Source: Auanema rhodensis (Eukaryota > Animalia > Nematoda). From it: DNA of 64,000 bases. Made by a program: the position numbers and the translations under genes. Every line of letters starts with the position of its first letter. The first letter of the stretch is position 1. The stretch lies in the NCBI GenBank assembly GCA_964057225.1, contig OZ059898.1:4960001-5024000 (forward strand). Direction: 5' to 3'. Below, one piece after another: positions 1-12,300 of the stretch. The notes under the pieces were generated by a model. That model was not told where the DNA came from. It saw nothing but the letters and a program-made list of their open reading frames with translations, and ran no database searches.

Positions 1-847
1 TTATTTACAACAGAAAAAGACATAATGAAAGTGGTTATTAGAAAAAATCTTTTTTTTTCTTCCACTTTTTAATTTCAATTTTATGAAAGAAAGAAATGAC
101 ATGAACAAATCTGAATATAGTGTAAAGAGAGGAATAGATTGCTATTGAATGGATAAGACATGAGTATAAATCATTTGTGTCTTACTGATCTGATGTTCAA
201 TGATTCAGAAAAACAAATCTATAATAGAGTGTATGCCACATCAGAAAATTGGAAAAGAAAAAATAAAGATAAGTGATACACATTTATACATATGAACAAT
301 ATTTATATATTAAATCTGGACAGATACTCAATGACTAGAAAGATAAGCAGAACTTTAAGAACATTTTTTCTTCATAAAGCTAACTTAAATGATTTATGAG
401 AACTGAATTAACTTTTAAAAAATAAGAACAAATATATCAAAATAAGGCATAAAAACATATGATCTTACATGAAAAAAATTAAAGGAGAGCACTCTTGCAC
501 ACAAGTCAATATATCCAAGGAATTAAAGCTTGAGTGACATGAAAGGAATCACCATATGATGTGTTCATTATCTGCTTTTCCGTATCGTAATTAGGATGTG
601 ATGTCTAAGTAAAGCAGGGTTAACGAACCCAACAGTGTAGCCGCATTCAGATGGCTAGAAAGAGATAAGCAACATCTCTGTTTCAGATTTAAGAAGATTA
701 TAGGCTCATTAAAATGCTATTCGACTTCACTTAGTTTGAAAGTAAAAAAATATTTTAACCAAAAGTGAATAAAATTAATAGAAACCATAGTTTAGTAAGA
801 CATTTAAAACGTTTAAAAAGTTTATAATACACATCAACCTAATTACA

Positions 848-850
<3 letters not shown>

Positions 851-894
<44 letters not shown>
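851..894. repeat. (TA)n microsatellite
   Basis: About 22 perfect TA units. Confidence 0.95.
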
Positions 895-896
<2 letters not shown>

Positions 897-1850
897 TGTA
901 CAAGTTTTATGCAAAATTATGTGAATGTCTGCGTGTGAGTGTATGAGTGTCTTGCTTAGTATGTGTAACATTTCGCTTCAAGGTGTAGACTAATGGACAT
1001 ATGGTGAGCTTCCATCACTACATCTATAGTTCAGTGAATCATACAATTCTCCGAAGAAAATCCAAAGTAATAAAACCCAACATTACATCGTGGAAAAGAC
1101 AATATGAAACGAAAATCCTTGGATATGATTTATCTAGTAAGTGTCTGAAGTGTCAATATCGATACAATTTAAAAATATAATTAACTAAATAAAGATTTAT
1201 AAACAACATGATATGAAAATATTGCTTAATATTTCTAAATATCAATATCTCTCAGATGTCAATTGAATTATATTTTAGTTGACCAAGCGTACTAATCTTA
1301 TATTGAATCCTTTTTGAGTTAAAACATTGCCGACAACCCCCCGATTGAAATGCCAACTCAATTGCCATTTACGAATTTAAGTAGGTGATTTATAAATTTT
1401 AAGAAGACATTATTCTTCAAAGCTTCCCCGAGTCCTTGAATTTCCCCAAAATTAACCTAAAGTCGTAATAAGCTTCAAATATCCAATTGCTTGCTTTTCA
1501 CAGTATTAATAGCAGAAGCATGGGTCGAAACAACTCAAAAATCCTTTTTGAAAACATAGTCCAATATATCAATGTATTGTGTTTTATTTATTATTCATTA
1601 TTCATTATTCAGTCATTTTATCAATTCAAATCAAATTTTATTTTGTCAAGAACAACCAATGGAAATGAGCAACATTGTTAAACGAGACTTTAGGCAAAGT
1701 TGAGGCATCAAAAAAGTGACCAATCTTTTTTGAGCCAGCAACAAAGAGACAAAGAAAAAGGCATTTTAGATTCTACATGCACAGTTTATATGGTATAGAG
1801 AAGTTTGTTAATCAATTATGTTTGATTTGCCAATGTTCATGGCAAATTGA

Positions 1851-2106
1851 CTAACACCGTCTACAGGTGAAAGCACATTGAGTCCTAGCAGTTTCCATTT
1901 CGTTAGGATCGTTACAACTGATGGAAAAGATTCGGCAAATGGATTCTGAAATTAAACTTAACACTTTAAAAAATAAACGACAAGGAGTCACCTCCGGCTA
2001 AATCAAAGCAGGTCTCTGTTGGAACTCGGATTTCTTCAGTAGAAGAAGTATCAGTTTGGGCAGAAGTAAGGACAGCCAAGGCGAGAAAAACGTATACAGC
2101 GATCAT
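1851..2106 (-). CDS. Small secreted single ShK (ShKT) domain peptide, 69 aa, 2 exons (2106-1992, 1945-1851)
   Basis: Spliced translation MIAVYVFLALAVLTSAQTDTSSTEEIRVPTETCFDLAG/ESICRIFSISCNDPNEMETARTQCAFTCRRC*. It has a signal peptide, C-x8-C-x6-C-x12-C-x3-C-x2-C spacing, a 46-nt GT-AG intron, and TTTTCCAG immediately before the ATG. Confidence 0.88.
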
Positions 2107-2192
2107 TCTGGAAAAAAAATCGACTAGTTCATAATATGTTTTACATAAAAATATAAAAACGAATAATTGAAGAATGTTTGCATGTGAATCTA

Positions 2193-2200
2193 CTTATATA
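2193..2200 (-). promoter_or_regulatory. Candidate TATA box of the ShK peptide gene
   Basis: TATATAAG about 90 nt upstream of the ATG at 2106. Confidence 0.3.
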
Positions 2201-2711
2201 CTAATCAATTTTATGTACGACAACTTTTATTGATATAGCTTGCCTTTGTACATTTTTTTTGCCATCAAATATTCTAAAGCTGTTTAAACGTTCTATTTTC
2301 CATTAGCTCCCAACTCGTGATTCAATGTATAATTATTGCCTTCTGAAAGATAAGTGGTTTTATTTCATTAATTATTTTGAACAGAAAAACTTGTATTATG
2401 AATAGATATTTATATAATTTCCGAGTCAAGCTTATTTTTTAAATCGACAGTAAAGAATAATTATATATATTCACTAAAGTGTCTGTACAATCGCACTTGA
2501 TTGGATTTCTTTTCAAACTAGCCTCATGACCTGATATAGTTTCTAATTTTAAATAAACATTGCAAGATATCTTTGATTTTGGCAGTAAAAAAGTTTGAAC
2601 AGATGATTGTCACGTCATACTGTATTACAAAGCTTAAATATTCATGTTCTATTATATTGCATACAAAAACTAAAGAAGATCATACCAAACGTATATATAT
2701 ATATATACTTA

Positions 2712-2717
2712 TTTATT
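2712..2717 (-). promoter_or_regulatory. Candidate polyadenylation signal (AATAAA) for dig-1
   Basis: The plus strand reads tttatt ~220 nt past the stop codon. The AT-rich context makes a chance match possible. Confidence 0.4.
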
Positions 2718-2935
2718 AGTTCAACTACGTTTATAAGACATTATAGATGAAAACATTGTGTACACACTTTTAGAATCGAATTTGGGGAAACCGGTAGGAT
2801 CAGTGCACCCAATACAGCTTACAGAAAAAAAGAAGAAATAAAATGCAATTATTATACTTATGAAAAACTGTGATCACATGAATTTGTTGATATCTTGCAC
2901 ACAGAATTTGGGATCGACATTGGAAACCGGTAGAT

Positions 2936-5900
2936 TTAGTGCGCTTGAGGAGGAATCTGAACACTGCTAAGGTCACGGATCTTAGCATGTGCCAAATACT
3001 GTCCTAAGAGCTGAGCAATTCGATCAAATCTGAAAAAAAAAATTACCCTCAAATCTTCAAAATTTCGATATAATCTTACGAATGAGACGGATCAATGCAA
3101 GCTGTTGGGTTCAATGGATCTCTAGCCATACCGTATGGGCAAGCACAATAGAATGATCCTGGGGTATTGACACAGCCGTGAGAACATCCACCATTATTAA
3201 TTTGACATTCATCAATATCTGTTAAATAAACAGTAATAATATACAGTTCAATAAAAAAATAATACCATAACATTGTCTATTCTTAAAGTGATATCCAAAA
3301 GGACACCGACCACTGTGTGGCTGCACCTAGAATATAAAAAAAGGTGAAAAAAGTTGTTTAACTTCAATTACCTTGCATGGGCACTCCTCAGTCGTTGCCG
3401 GAGGAAGAGTGCTTACTGGACGGAAAGGATCAGTAATTAAGTCGCACGCCGGTCTCAGGACAGCTTCTCCGCCATTACACTGACAGTTGCATGGTGCAAT
3501 TGTTGGGGCTTCAAAATTAGCAGGTGGAGTAGTATCTAAATAACACAAAGCATATATTTCAAAAGTTTGAAAATAAACTGACCTATGGTTAACTGAATAA
3601 CATCGCAATTATTTTCCTCACGAATGGCAGATTCATTAGAGGCTTGTTGTGAAGTCAGTACACAAACTGTGTACTCGTGTCCAGTTTGCAAGTTCTGGAA
3701 GAAACTCAGTAAAAAAAGCATTTAACAATTTTACAATACTTCTATTATGGTACCAAAACTATCGCGGCATGTAGCTTGCATTTTATTCCAATTCTTTTTG
3801 TTGATTTTCTTATTATGAGTATAAAGAATAGTATAATTCTAAAAGAAGAAGAAAATTATTCAGATATGGTAAAGAAATCATACTGATTTATTATTGGTGC
3901 AGCAAGTCCATGACACACTGAACTTATTAGGACCAAGACCAATGAGTTCGACATTTGAGGGCTGTATAGAAGTTGGTGCTTTGGCTAAAAAAATAATAAG
4001 ATGCTTTGAATATGCATTATCCAAATTACTTGTTGTCTTTGGCATTCTAGTAGTAGCCTTAGTCGATCGCAGTTTAGGTGTTTTACTCGATGTGGTATAA
4101 TCACAAATGACATATGAAAGCCAATTGGAAAATAGATCAGTAGTACCCCAATCATCCAGATGAATAACTCTGAAAACAATTTTTTATTATTAAATGTCTA
4201 TTAATAAAAATTACCTAGTAGCAACTGCTCCGCTTAATCTAGACAGAAGATCAGATCCCGGTTTTCGAATGGAAATACTTACAACATTCATTAAGTATTC
4301 AGAACTAGCAATTTCTGCGGCAGGAGCAGCTTCGTCGCTAAAACATTCGTTGAGGAGAAAAAGCATCAAATCAAGATTATACCTGCTTGTACCATCAGAA
4401 CTGATAAGAAGAAGAATTCGAATACATCCTGGGATATGATTACCATTTGAAATATCTACCATGGTGTCAATTGCTTTACCGAGTTTAGGAGAAACAGTAT
4501 CTTCGCTGAAAATTAGAAAAAATATAGAGCCAGTTTAAATAGCTAACCTTTCTTGTGATATATCTCTGATTATGTGCTCAATTTCTGATACACGAATTCC
4601 ATGATACAATTCAACTACTTTATCACTATTCACAGTAATAATATTTATGCTATAAAATATTAATATATTATATGTTTGAAAAAACTAATACTGTATACCT
4701 GATAAATTCATCATCCATTTCAAACCTGGAATAAAAGAATTGGACCAATTGATCCAAAACTTGACGGAAGACCTAAATAATTACTTCAGCAAGTTACTTT
4801 TAATTAGTTTGAATACCATAGTTTCAGATCTGCTTGTAACATCAACAACTATATTAAATTGATAAGGACGACGAATCCCATCTTTGCATAAAGCTTGAGC
4901 ACGCAAGGCACGGGTGGTCCGAATAAGAGATGGAGTTGTTAGCCTGAATGCAGAATATTGCCATATTTATAATTTTTCAAAACCCTTACTTATCATACAC
5001 TTCTCTCTTTGTAGTTTTCGATGAGGTGCTACTGAAAGATGGAGTACTATAACCACAAAGATGTCTTCCAATAGCCTGAGCCTTGTTTTCAATATCATTA
5101 ATTGAAGACAATTCAAAAACTCTGTCTTCTAAACCAGGTCCTGAAATTAATTAGTTAAGGTATACAATTATTAAAGAATCTTAATTAACCTGTAATCCTT
5201 TTTAATGAACTTAATTGATCCTGATTTGAACCAACGGCCAAAACAAATAACTCAACACCATATGTTTCCCGCAAGTCGCCAGCAACTCCCGCAGCATTTC
5301 CTCTGAAGAAATAGTTTATAAGTTAATAATGCGAAAAAAAATTAAAACAGAATAAAAATCTCATGATTAAAAACGATAACGGTTCACTGTTACATTTTGT
5401 TATAAAGTAATTTTTAAGAAATGAAGGAAAATAAATTAATAATGTGCTCTATTTCATTATGTTACGCTCCATATCGAATCTGTTTATTTATTTATCAATT
5501 ATTTCATTTAAATCTTACCGATTTTTTCCATTTGTAATCATTATTACAATACGTGTAGCATTTTCTCTGCCGTGAAGCTATAGTACAATGTAATTTATTT
5601 ATAATCAAGCTTTATAGAAATACCTGGAACTGTTGACGTGCCGCATTCATTCCATATAGAGCTATAGCTACTCCATCATTAATCTTCTGTGATGATGAAA
5701 TTTTTTCAATCAGCTCAATCCTATCGTCATAATGTCCTAATGCAACCGGAACTGCTACCTTATCACTGTAAGAAAAAATTAAATTAGATTTTTTCAATAT
5801 TTTACCTGTAGATAACGAAACCAATTCGAACAACATCTGGTGCCAAATCAAAGCTCTCATCAACAAGTGCAGCAACACTTTCCTTCATACTATCAAAATC

Positions 5901-6331
5901 GAGAGGTGAGAAATTTTCTGAGGAATCCATCATAATAATCACATCGGCCTGTTAATATTCATATTTTAATTTCAATTGAAGTACCAAAAATTATTACTTC
6001 GTAGTCGATTTTTTCACATGCTCTAGGACTATTAAAGGAATTAGTGGTTTTCCTAGGAACCCATGTCATTTGTGTTGTTGGAGTATTTGGGAATTTCTAT
6101 AACAACGTTGAATGTATTAAATTAACATGTTTCATTCTTACTTGACAAATAATATCCGCAATTGGGCCAAGTTTTTCGGAATCGGTGCCTCTCCATTTGT
6201 CGATGAGAAGAATGTTTGATGATTGTGTTATTTTGGAGTTTTCAGCCCTACTGAGTTCATCACCTGCGTCGACAATGAAAATTTCTGCATTAATATCTTT
6301 CAATGCTTTGACAGCTTCATCCACTTCATCT
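2936..6331 (-). CDS. dig-1: dig-1 C-terminal exons: end of VWA2, VWA3, VWA4, FN3-like module, Cys-rich segment, EGF_CA, tail
   Basis: Examples: 6331-6142, 6096-5998, 5948-5806 ([13 protein letters not shown]...VRIGFVIYS), VWA4 start [19 protein letters not shown] exon ~3218-3080, last exon 3029-2936 ([30 protein letters not shown]). Confidence 0.85.
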
Positions 6332-9300
6332 CTACAAAACATATGTTGACTGTTACAATTGAAAATATTAAACATACATAGATTTTCCATTTTTCATTAT
6401 TATGACAACTTTATTCATTCCTTGACTTCCCGAAAGAGCAAATTCTCCTGCAGTTTCTCTAAGCGCTGAACCAAGATAAGGTTTTCCTTTAAGTCTTCTT
6501 GTTTCACTTATAATGGTGACCAATTGTTCAGTCGAACCATAGTCTCCTAATGAAATAGGAATTTCCGCATTTTCACCGTATTTCACCAAGCCGACTCGTA
6601 CGCGGTTTATTCCCAGGTTAAAATGCTCGAGAAGAAAACTTTTAATGATCTCTTTCATTATTCTATAATCTAAGACTTTCACACTGTTGGATGTATCCAT
6701 TACAATGATTAATTCTAAACTAGAAGAGACTCTGCAGAAAGACGAAGGTTTACGGTATACATATCTATCAGTACTATCTGTAGAAAGTATTTCTCCATTC
6801 ATAGAGTCAAGAGGTAGGCCATCACTATTAGTTGGAATTAAAGTACCATCGGATTGTGTATATGCGCCAGTTGAATCTGTTGGAAGATTTATTCCATCAG
6901 AGCCAACAACCACATAATACGGACGACTAGTAGTTACCATGCTATTATAAATAAAAAAGCCATTTTTATCCAAAGGAAGAATGTTCCCATCAGCTCCTAA
7001 TGGTTTGCCATTTTGATCTCTTGCTATTGGCAACCCGTCAGTACCAACATGTTGACCAGAAACATCAGTTGGAAGTGGGTTTCCATCTGGACTGACAACT
7101 GGGTAGATAACATTTCCTGATTCGTCAGTTGGTAATCCCTTAGTAGTTGATTCTTCGGAATCTGGTGAGCTGGATGGGTAGATGTAGTTTCCTGTAGCAT
7201 CAGTTGGTAGAACTTCTCCATCAGGTCCCAGTGGTTTTCCTTCATCGTCAGTTGGAACGATTGAACCATCAGCAGCAACATGTTGACCAGAAGCATCAGT
7301 TGGAAGTGGACTTCCATCTGGTCCAATAACAGGGTAGATAACATTTCCTGATTCGTCAGTTGGTAATTGCTTCGTTGTGGATTCTTCGGAATCTGGTGAG
7401 CTGGATGGGTAGATGTAGTTACCGGAAGCATCAGTTGGTAGAACTTCTCCATTAGGTCCGAGTGGTTTTCCTTCTTCGTCAGTTGGAACGATTGAACCGT
7501 CAACAGCAACATGTTGACGAGAAGCATCAGTTGGAAGTGGACTTCCATCTGGACCAATAACTGGGTAGATAACATTTCCGGATTCATCAGTTGGTAATTG
7601 CTTAGTTGTGGATTCTTCGGAATCTGGTGAGCTGGATGGGTAGATGTAGTTACCGGAAGCATCAGTTGGTAGAACTTCTCCATCAGGTCCGAGTGGTTTT
7701 CCTTCTTCGTCAGTTGGAACGATTGAACCGTCAACAGCAACATGTTGACGAGAAGCATCAGTTGGAAGTGGACTTCCATCTGGACCAATAACAGGGTAGA
7801 TAACATTTCCGGATTCATCAGTTGGTAATTGCTTCGTTGTGGATTCTTCGGAATCTGGTGAACTGGATGGGTAGATATAGTTTCCTGTAGCATCAGTTGG
7901 TAGAACTTCTCCATCAGGTCCAAGTGGTTTTCCTTCGTCGTCAGTTGGAACGATTGAACCGTCAGCAGCAACATGTTGACCAGAATCATCAGTTGGAAGT
8001 GGACTTCCATCTGGTCCAATAACTGGGTAGATAACATTTCCTGATTCGTCAGTTGGTAATCCCTTAGTAGTTGATTCTTCGGAATCTGGTGAACTGGGTG
8101 GATAGATGTAATTTCCGGAAGCATCAGTTGGGAGAACTTCTCCATCAGGTCCGAGTGGTTTTCCTTCATCATCAGTTGGAACGATTGAACCATCAGCAGC
8201 AACATGTTGACCAGAAGCATCAGTTGGAAGTAGACTTCCATCTGGACCAATGACTGGGTAGATAACATTTCCTGATTCATCAGTTGGTAATTGCTTAGTT
8301 GTGGATTCTTCCGAATCTGGTGAGCTGGATGGGTGGATGTAGTTTCCGGAAGCATCAGTAGGGAGAACTTCTCCATCAGGTCCGAGTGGTTTTCCTTCAT
8401 CATCAGTTAAAACGATTGAACCATCAGCAGCAACATGTTGACCAGAAGCATCAGTTGGAAGTGGACTTCCATCTGGACCAATGACTGGGTAGATAACATT
8501 TCCTGATTCGTCAGTTGGTAATTCCTTAGTTGTGGATTCTTCGGAATCTGGTGAACTGGATGGGTGGATGTAGTTTCCGGAAGCATCAGTAGGGAGAACT
8601 TCTCCATCAGGTCCGAGCGGCTTTCCTTCATCATCAGTTGGAACGATTGAACCATCAGCAGCAACATGTTGACCAGAAGCATCAGTTGGAAGTGGACTTC
8701 CATCTGGACCAATGACTGGGTAGATAACATTTCCTGATTCGTCAGTTGGTAATTCCTTAGTAGTTGATTCTTCGGAGTCTAGTGAGCTGGATGGGTAGAT
8801 GTAGTTACCGGAAGCATCAGTAGGGAGAACTTCACCATCAGGTCCCAGTGGTTTTCCTTCATCGTCAGTTAAAACGATTGAACCGTCAGCAGCAACATGT
8901 TGACCAGAATCATCAGTTGGAAGTGGACTTCCATCTGGACCAATAACTGGGTAGATAACATTTCCGGATTCATCAGTTGGTAATTGCTTAGTTGTAGATT
9001 CTTCCGAATCTGGTGAGCTGGATGGGTAGATGTAGTTACCGGAAGCATCAGTTGGGAGAACTTCTCCATCCGGTCCGAGTGGTTTTCCTTCTTCGTCAGT
9101 TGGAACGATTGAACCGTCAGCAGCAACATGTTGACCAGAAGTATCAGTTGGAAGTGGACTTCCATCTGGACCAATAACTGGGTAGATAACATTTCCGGAT
9201 TCATCAGTTGGTAATTCCTTAGTTGTGGATTCTTCGGAATCTGGGGAACTGGATGGGTAAATGTAGTTTCCGGAAGAATCAGTAGGGAGAACTTCTCCAT

Positions 9301-12300
9301 CAGGTCCGAGTGGTTTTCCTTCGTCGTCAGTTGGAACGATTGAACCGTCAGCAGCAACATGTTGACCAGAATCATCAGTTGGAAGTGGACTTCCATCTGG
9401 ACCAATAACTGGGTAGATAACATTTCCGGATTCATCAGTTGGTAATTGCTTAGTTGTGGATTCTTCCGAATCTGGTGAGCTGGATGGGTAGATGTAGTTA
9501 CCGGAAGCATCAGTTGGGAGAACTTCTCCATCAGGTCCGAGTGGTTTTCCTTCTTCTTCAGTTGGAACGGTTGAACCGTCAGCAGCAACATGTTGACCAG
9601 AAGTATCAGTTGGAAGTGGACTTCCATCTGGACCAATAACTGGGTAGATAACATTTCCGGATTCATCAGTTGGTAATTGCTTAGTTGTAGATTCTTCCGA
9701 ATCTGGTGAGCTGGATGGGTAGATGTAGTTACCGGAAGCATCAGTAGGGAGAACTTCACCATCAGGTCCCAGTGGTTTTCCTTCATCGTCAGTTAAAACG
9801 ATTGAACCGTCAGCAGCAACATGTTGACCAGAATCATCAGTTGGAAGTGGACTTCCATCTGGACCAATAACTGGGTAGATAACATTTCCGGATTCATCAG
9901 TTGGTAATTGCTTAGTTGTAGATTCTTCCGAATCTGGTGAGCTGGATGGGTAGATGTAGTTACCGGAAGCATCAGTTGGGAGAACTTCTCCATCCGGTCC
10001 GAGTGGTTTTCCTTCTTCGTCAGTTGGAACGATTGAACCGTCAGCAGCAACATGTTGACCAGAAGTATCAGTTGGAAGTGGACTTCCATCTGGACCAATA
10101 ACTGGGTAGATAACATTTCCGGATTCATCAGTTGGTAATTCCTTAGTTGTGGATTCTTCGGAATCTGGGGAACTGGATGGGTAAATGTAGTTTCCGGAAG
10201 AATCAGTTGGGAGAACTTCACCATCAGGTCCGAGTGGTTTTCCTTCGTCGTCAGTTGGAACGATTGAACCGTCAGCAGCAACATGTTGACCAGAATCATC
10301 AGTTGGAAGTGGACTTCCATCTGGACCAATAACTGGGTAGATAACATTTCCGGATTCATCAGTTGGTAATTGCTTAGTTGTGGATTCTTCGGAATCTGGG
10401 GAACTGGATGGGTAAATGTAGTTTCCTGTAGCATCAGTTGGGAGAACTTCTCCATCAGGTCCGAATGGTTTTCCTTCGTCGTCAGTTGGAACGATTGAAC
10501 CATCAGCAGCAACATGTTGACCAGAAGCATCAGTTGGAAGTGGACTTCCATCTGGACCAATAACTGGGTAGATAACATTTCCGGATTCATCAGTTGGTAA
10601 TTCCTTTGCTTCGTTGATATCTTCCAATGGTACGTTAACATAACGTCCAGAATTATCTGTAGGGAGAGGTGAACCATCTTCACCCAGTGGGTGACCAGTA
10701 GCATCAGTAGGAATAACTTGGCCATCAGGACCTATATAAGCTCCACTATCATCTGTTGGAAGTGGAGTACCGTCTGGTCCCACTACAGCAATAGGTGCTG
10801 TTTCCGTAACTTCGGCTTTTTCGGCTTCGGAATCTGGTGAACTGGATGGGTAGATGTAGTTTCCGGAAGCATCAGTTGGGAGAACTTCACCATCAGGTCC
10901 GAGTGGTTTTCCTTCTTCGTCAGTTGGAACGATTGAACCGTCAGCAGCAACATGTTGACCAGAAGTATCAGTTGGAAGTGGACTTCCATCTGGACCAATA
11001 ACTGGGTAGATAACATTTCCGGATTCATCAGTTGGTAATTCCTTAGTTGTGGATTCTTCGGAATCTGGGGAACTGGATGGGTAGATGTAGTTTCCGGAAG
11101 CATCAGTAGGGAGAACTTCTCCATCAGGTCCGAGCGGCTTTCCTTCATCATCAGTTGGAACGATTGAACCATCAGCAGCAACATGTTGACCAGAAGCATC
11201 AGTTGGAAGTGGACTTCCGTCTGGACCCACAACTGGGTAGATAACATTTCCTGATTCGTCAGTTGGTAATTCCTTAGTACTTGATTCTTCGGAATCTGGT
11301 GAACTGGATGGGTAGATGTAGTTTCCGGAAGCATCAGTTGGGAGAACTTCACCATTAGATCCGAGTGGTTTTCCTTCATCGTCAGTTGGAACGATTGAAC
11401 CATCAGCAGCAACATGTTGACCAGAAGCATCAGTTGGAAGTGGACTGCCATCTGGGCCAATGACTGGGTAGATAACATTTCCTGATTCGTCGGTTGGTAA
11501 TTCCTTTGCTTTAGTGATATCTTCCATTGGTACATTAACATAACGTCCAGAATTATCTGTAGGGAGAGGTGAACCATCTTCACCCAGTGGGTGACCACTA
11601 GCATCAGTAGGAATAACTTGGCCATCAGGACCTATATAAGCTCCACTATCATCTGTTGGAAGTGGAGTACCGTCTGGTCCCACTATAGCAATAGGTGCTG
11701 TTTCCGTAACTTCGGCTTTTTCGGCTTCGGAATCTGGTGAACTGGATGGGTAGATGTAGTTTCCGGAAGCATCAGTTGGGAGAACTTCACCATCAGGTCC
11801 GAGTGGTTTTCCTTCGTCGTCAGTTGGAATGATTGAACCATCAGCAGCAACATGTTGACCAGAAGCATCAGTTGGAAGTGGACTTCCGTCTGGACCCACA
11901 ACTGGGTAGATAACATTTCCTGATTCGTCAGTTGGTAATTCCTTAGTACTTGATTCTTCGGAATCTGGTGAACTGGATGGGTAGATGTAGTTTCCGGAAG
12001 CATCAGTTGGGAGAACTTCACCATCAGGTCCGAGTGGTTTTCCTTCGTCGTCAGTTGGAATGATTGAACCATCAGCAGCAACATGTTGACCAGAAGCATC
12101 AGTTGGAAGTGGACTTCCGTCTGGACCCACAACTGGGTAGATAACATTTCCGGATTCATCAGTTGGTAATTGCTTAGTTGTGGATTCTTCGGAATCTGGG
12201 GAACTGGATGGGTAAATGTAGTTTCCTGTAGCATCAGTTGGGAGAACTTCTCCATCAGGTCCGAATGGTTTTCCTTCGTCGTCAGTTGGAACGATTGAAC

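Noticed and set aside
1487-1681. 64-aa plus-strand ORF
   Set aside because: TTG start, AT-rich, no recognisable motif or splice structure.
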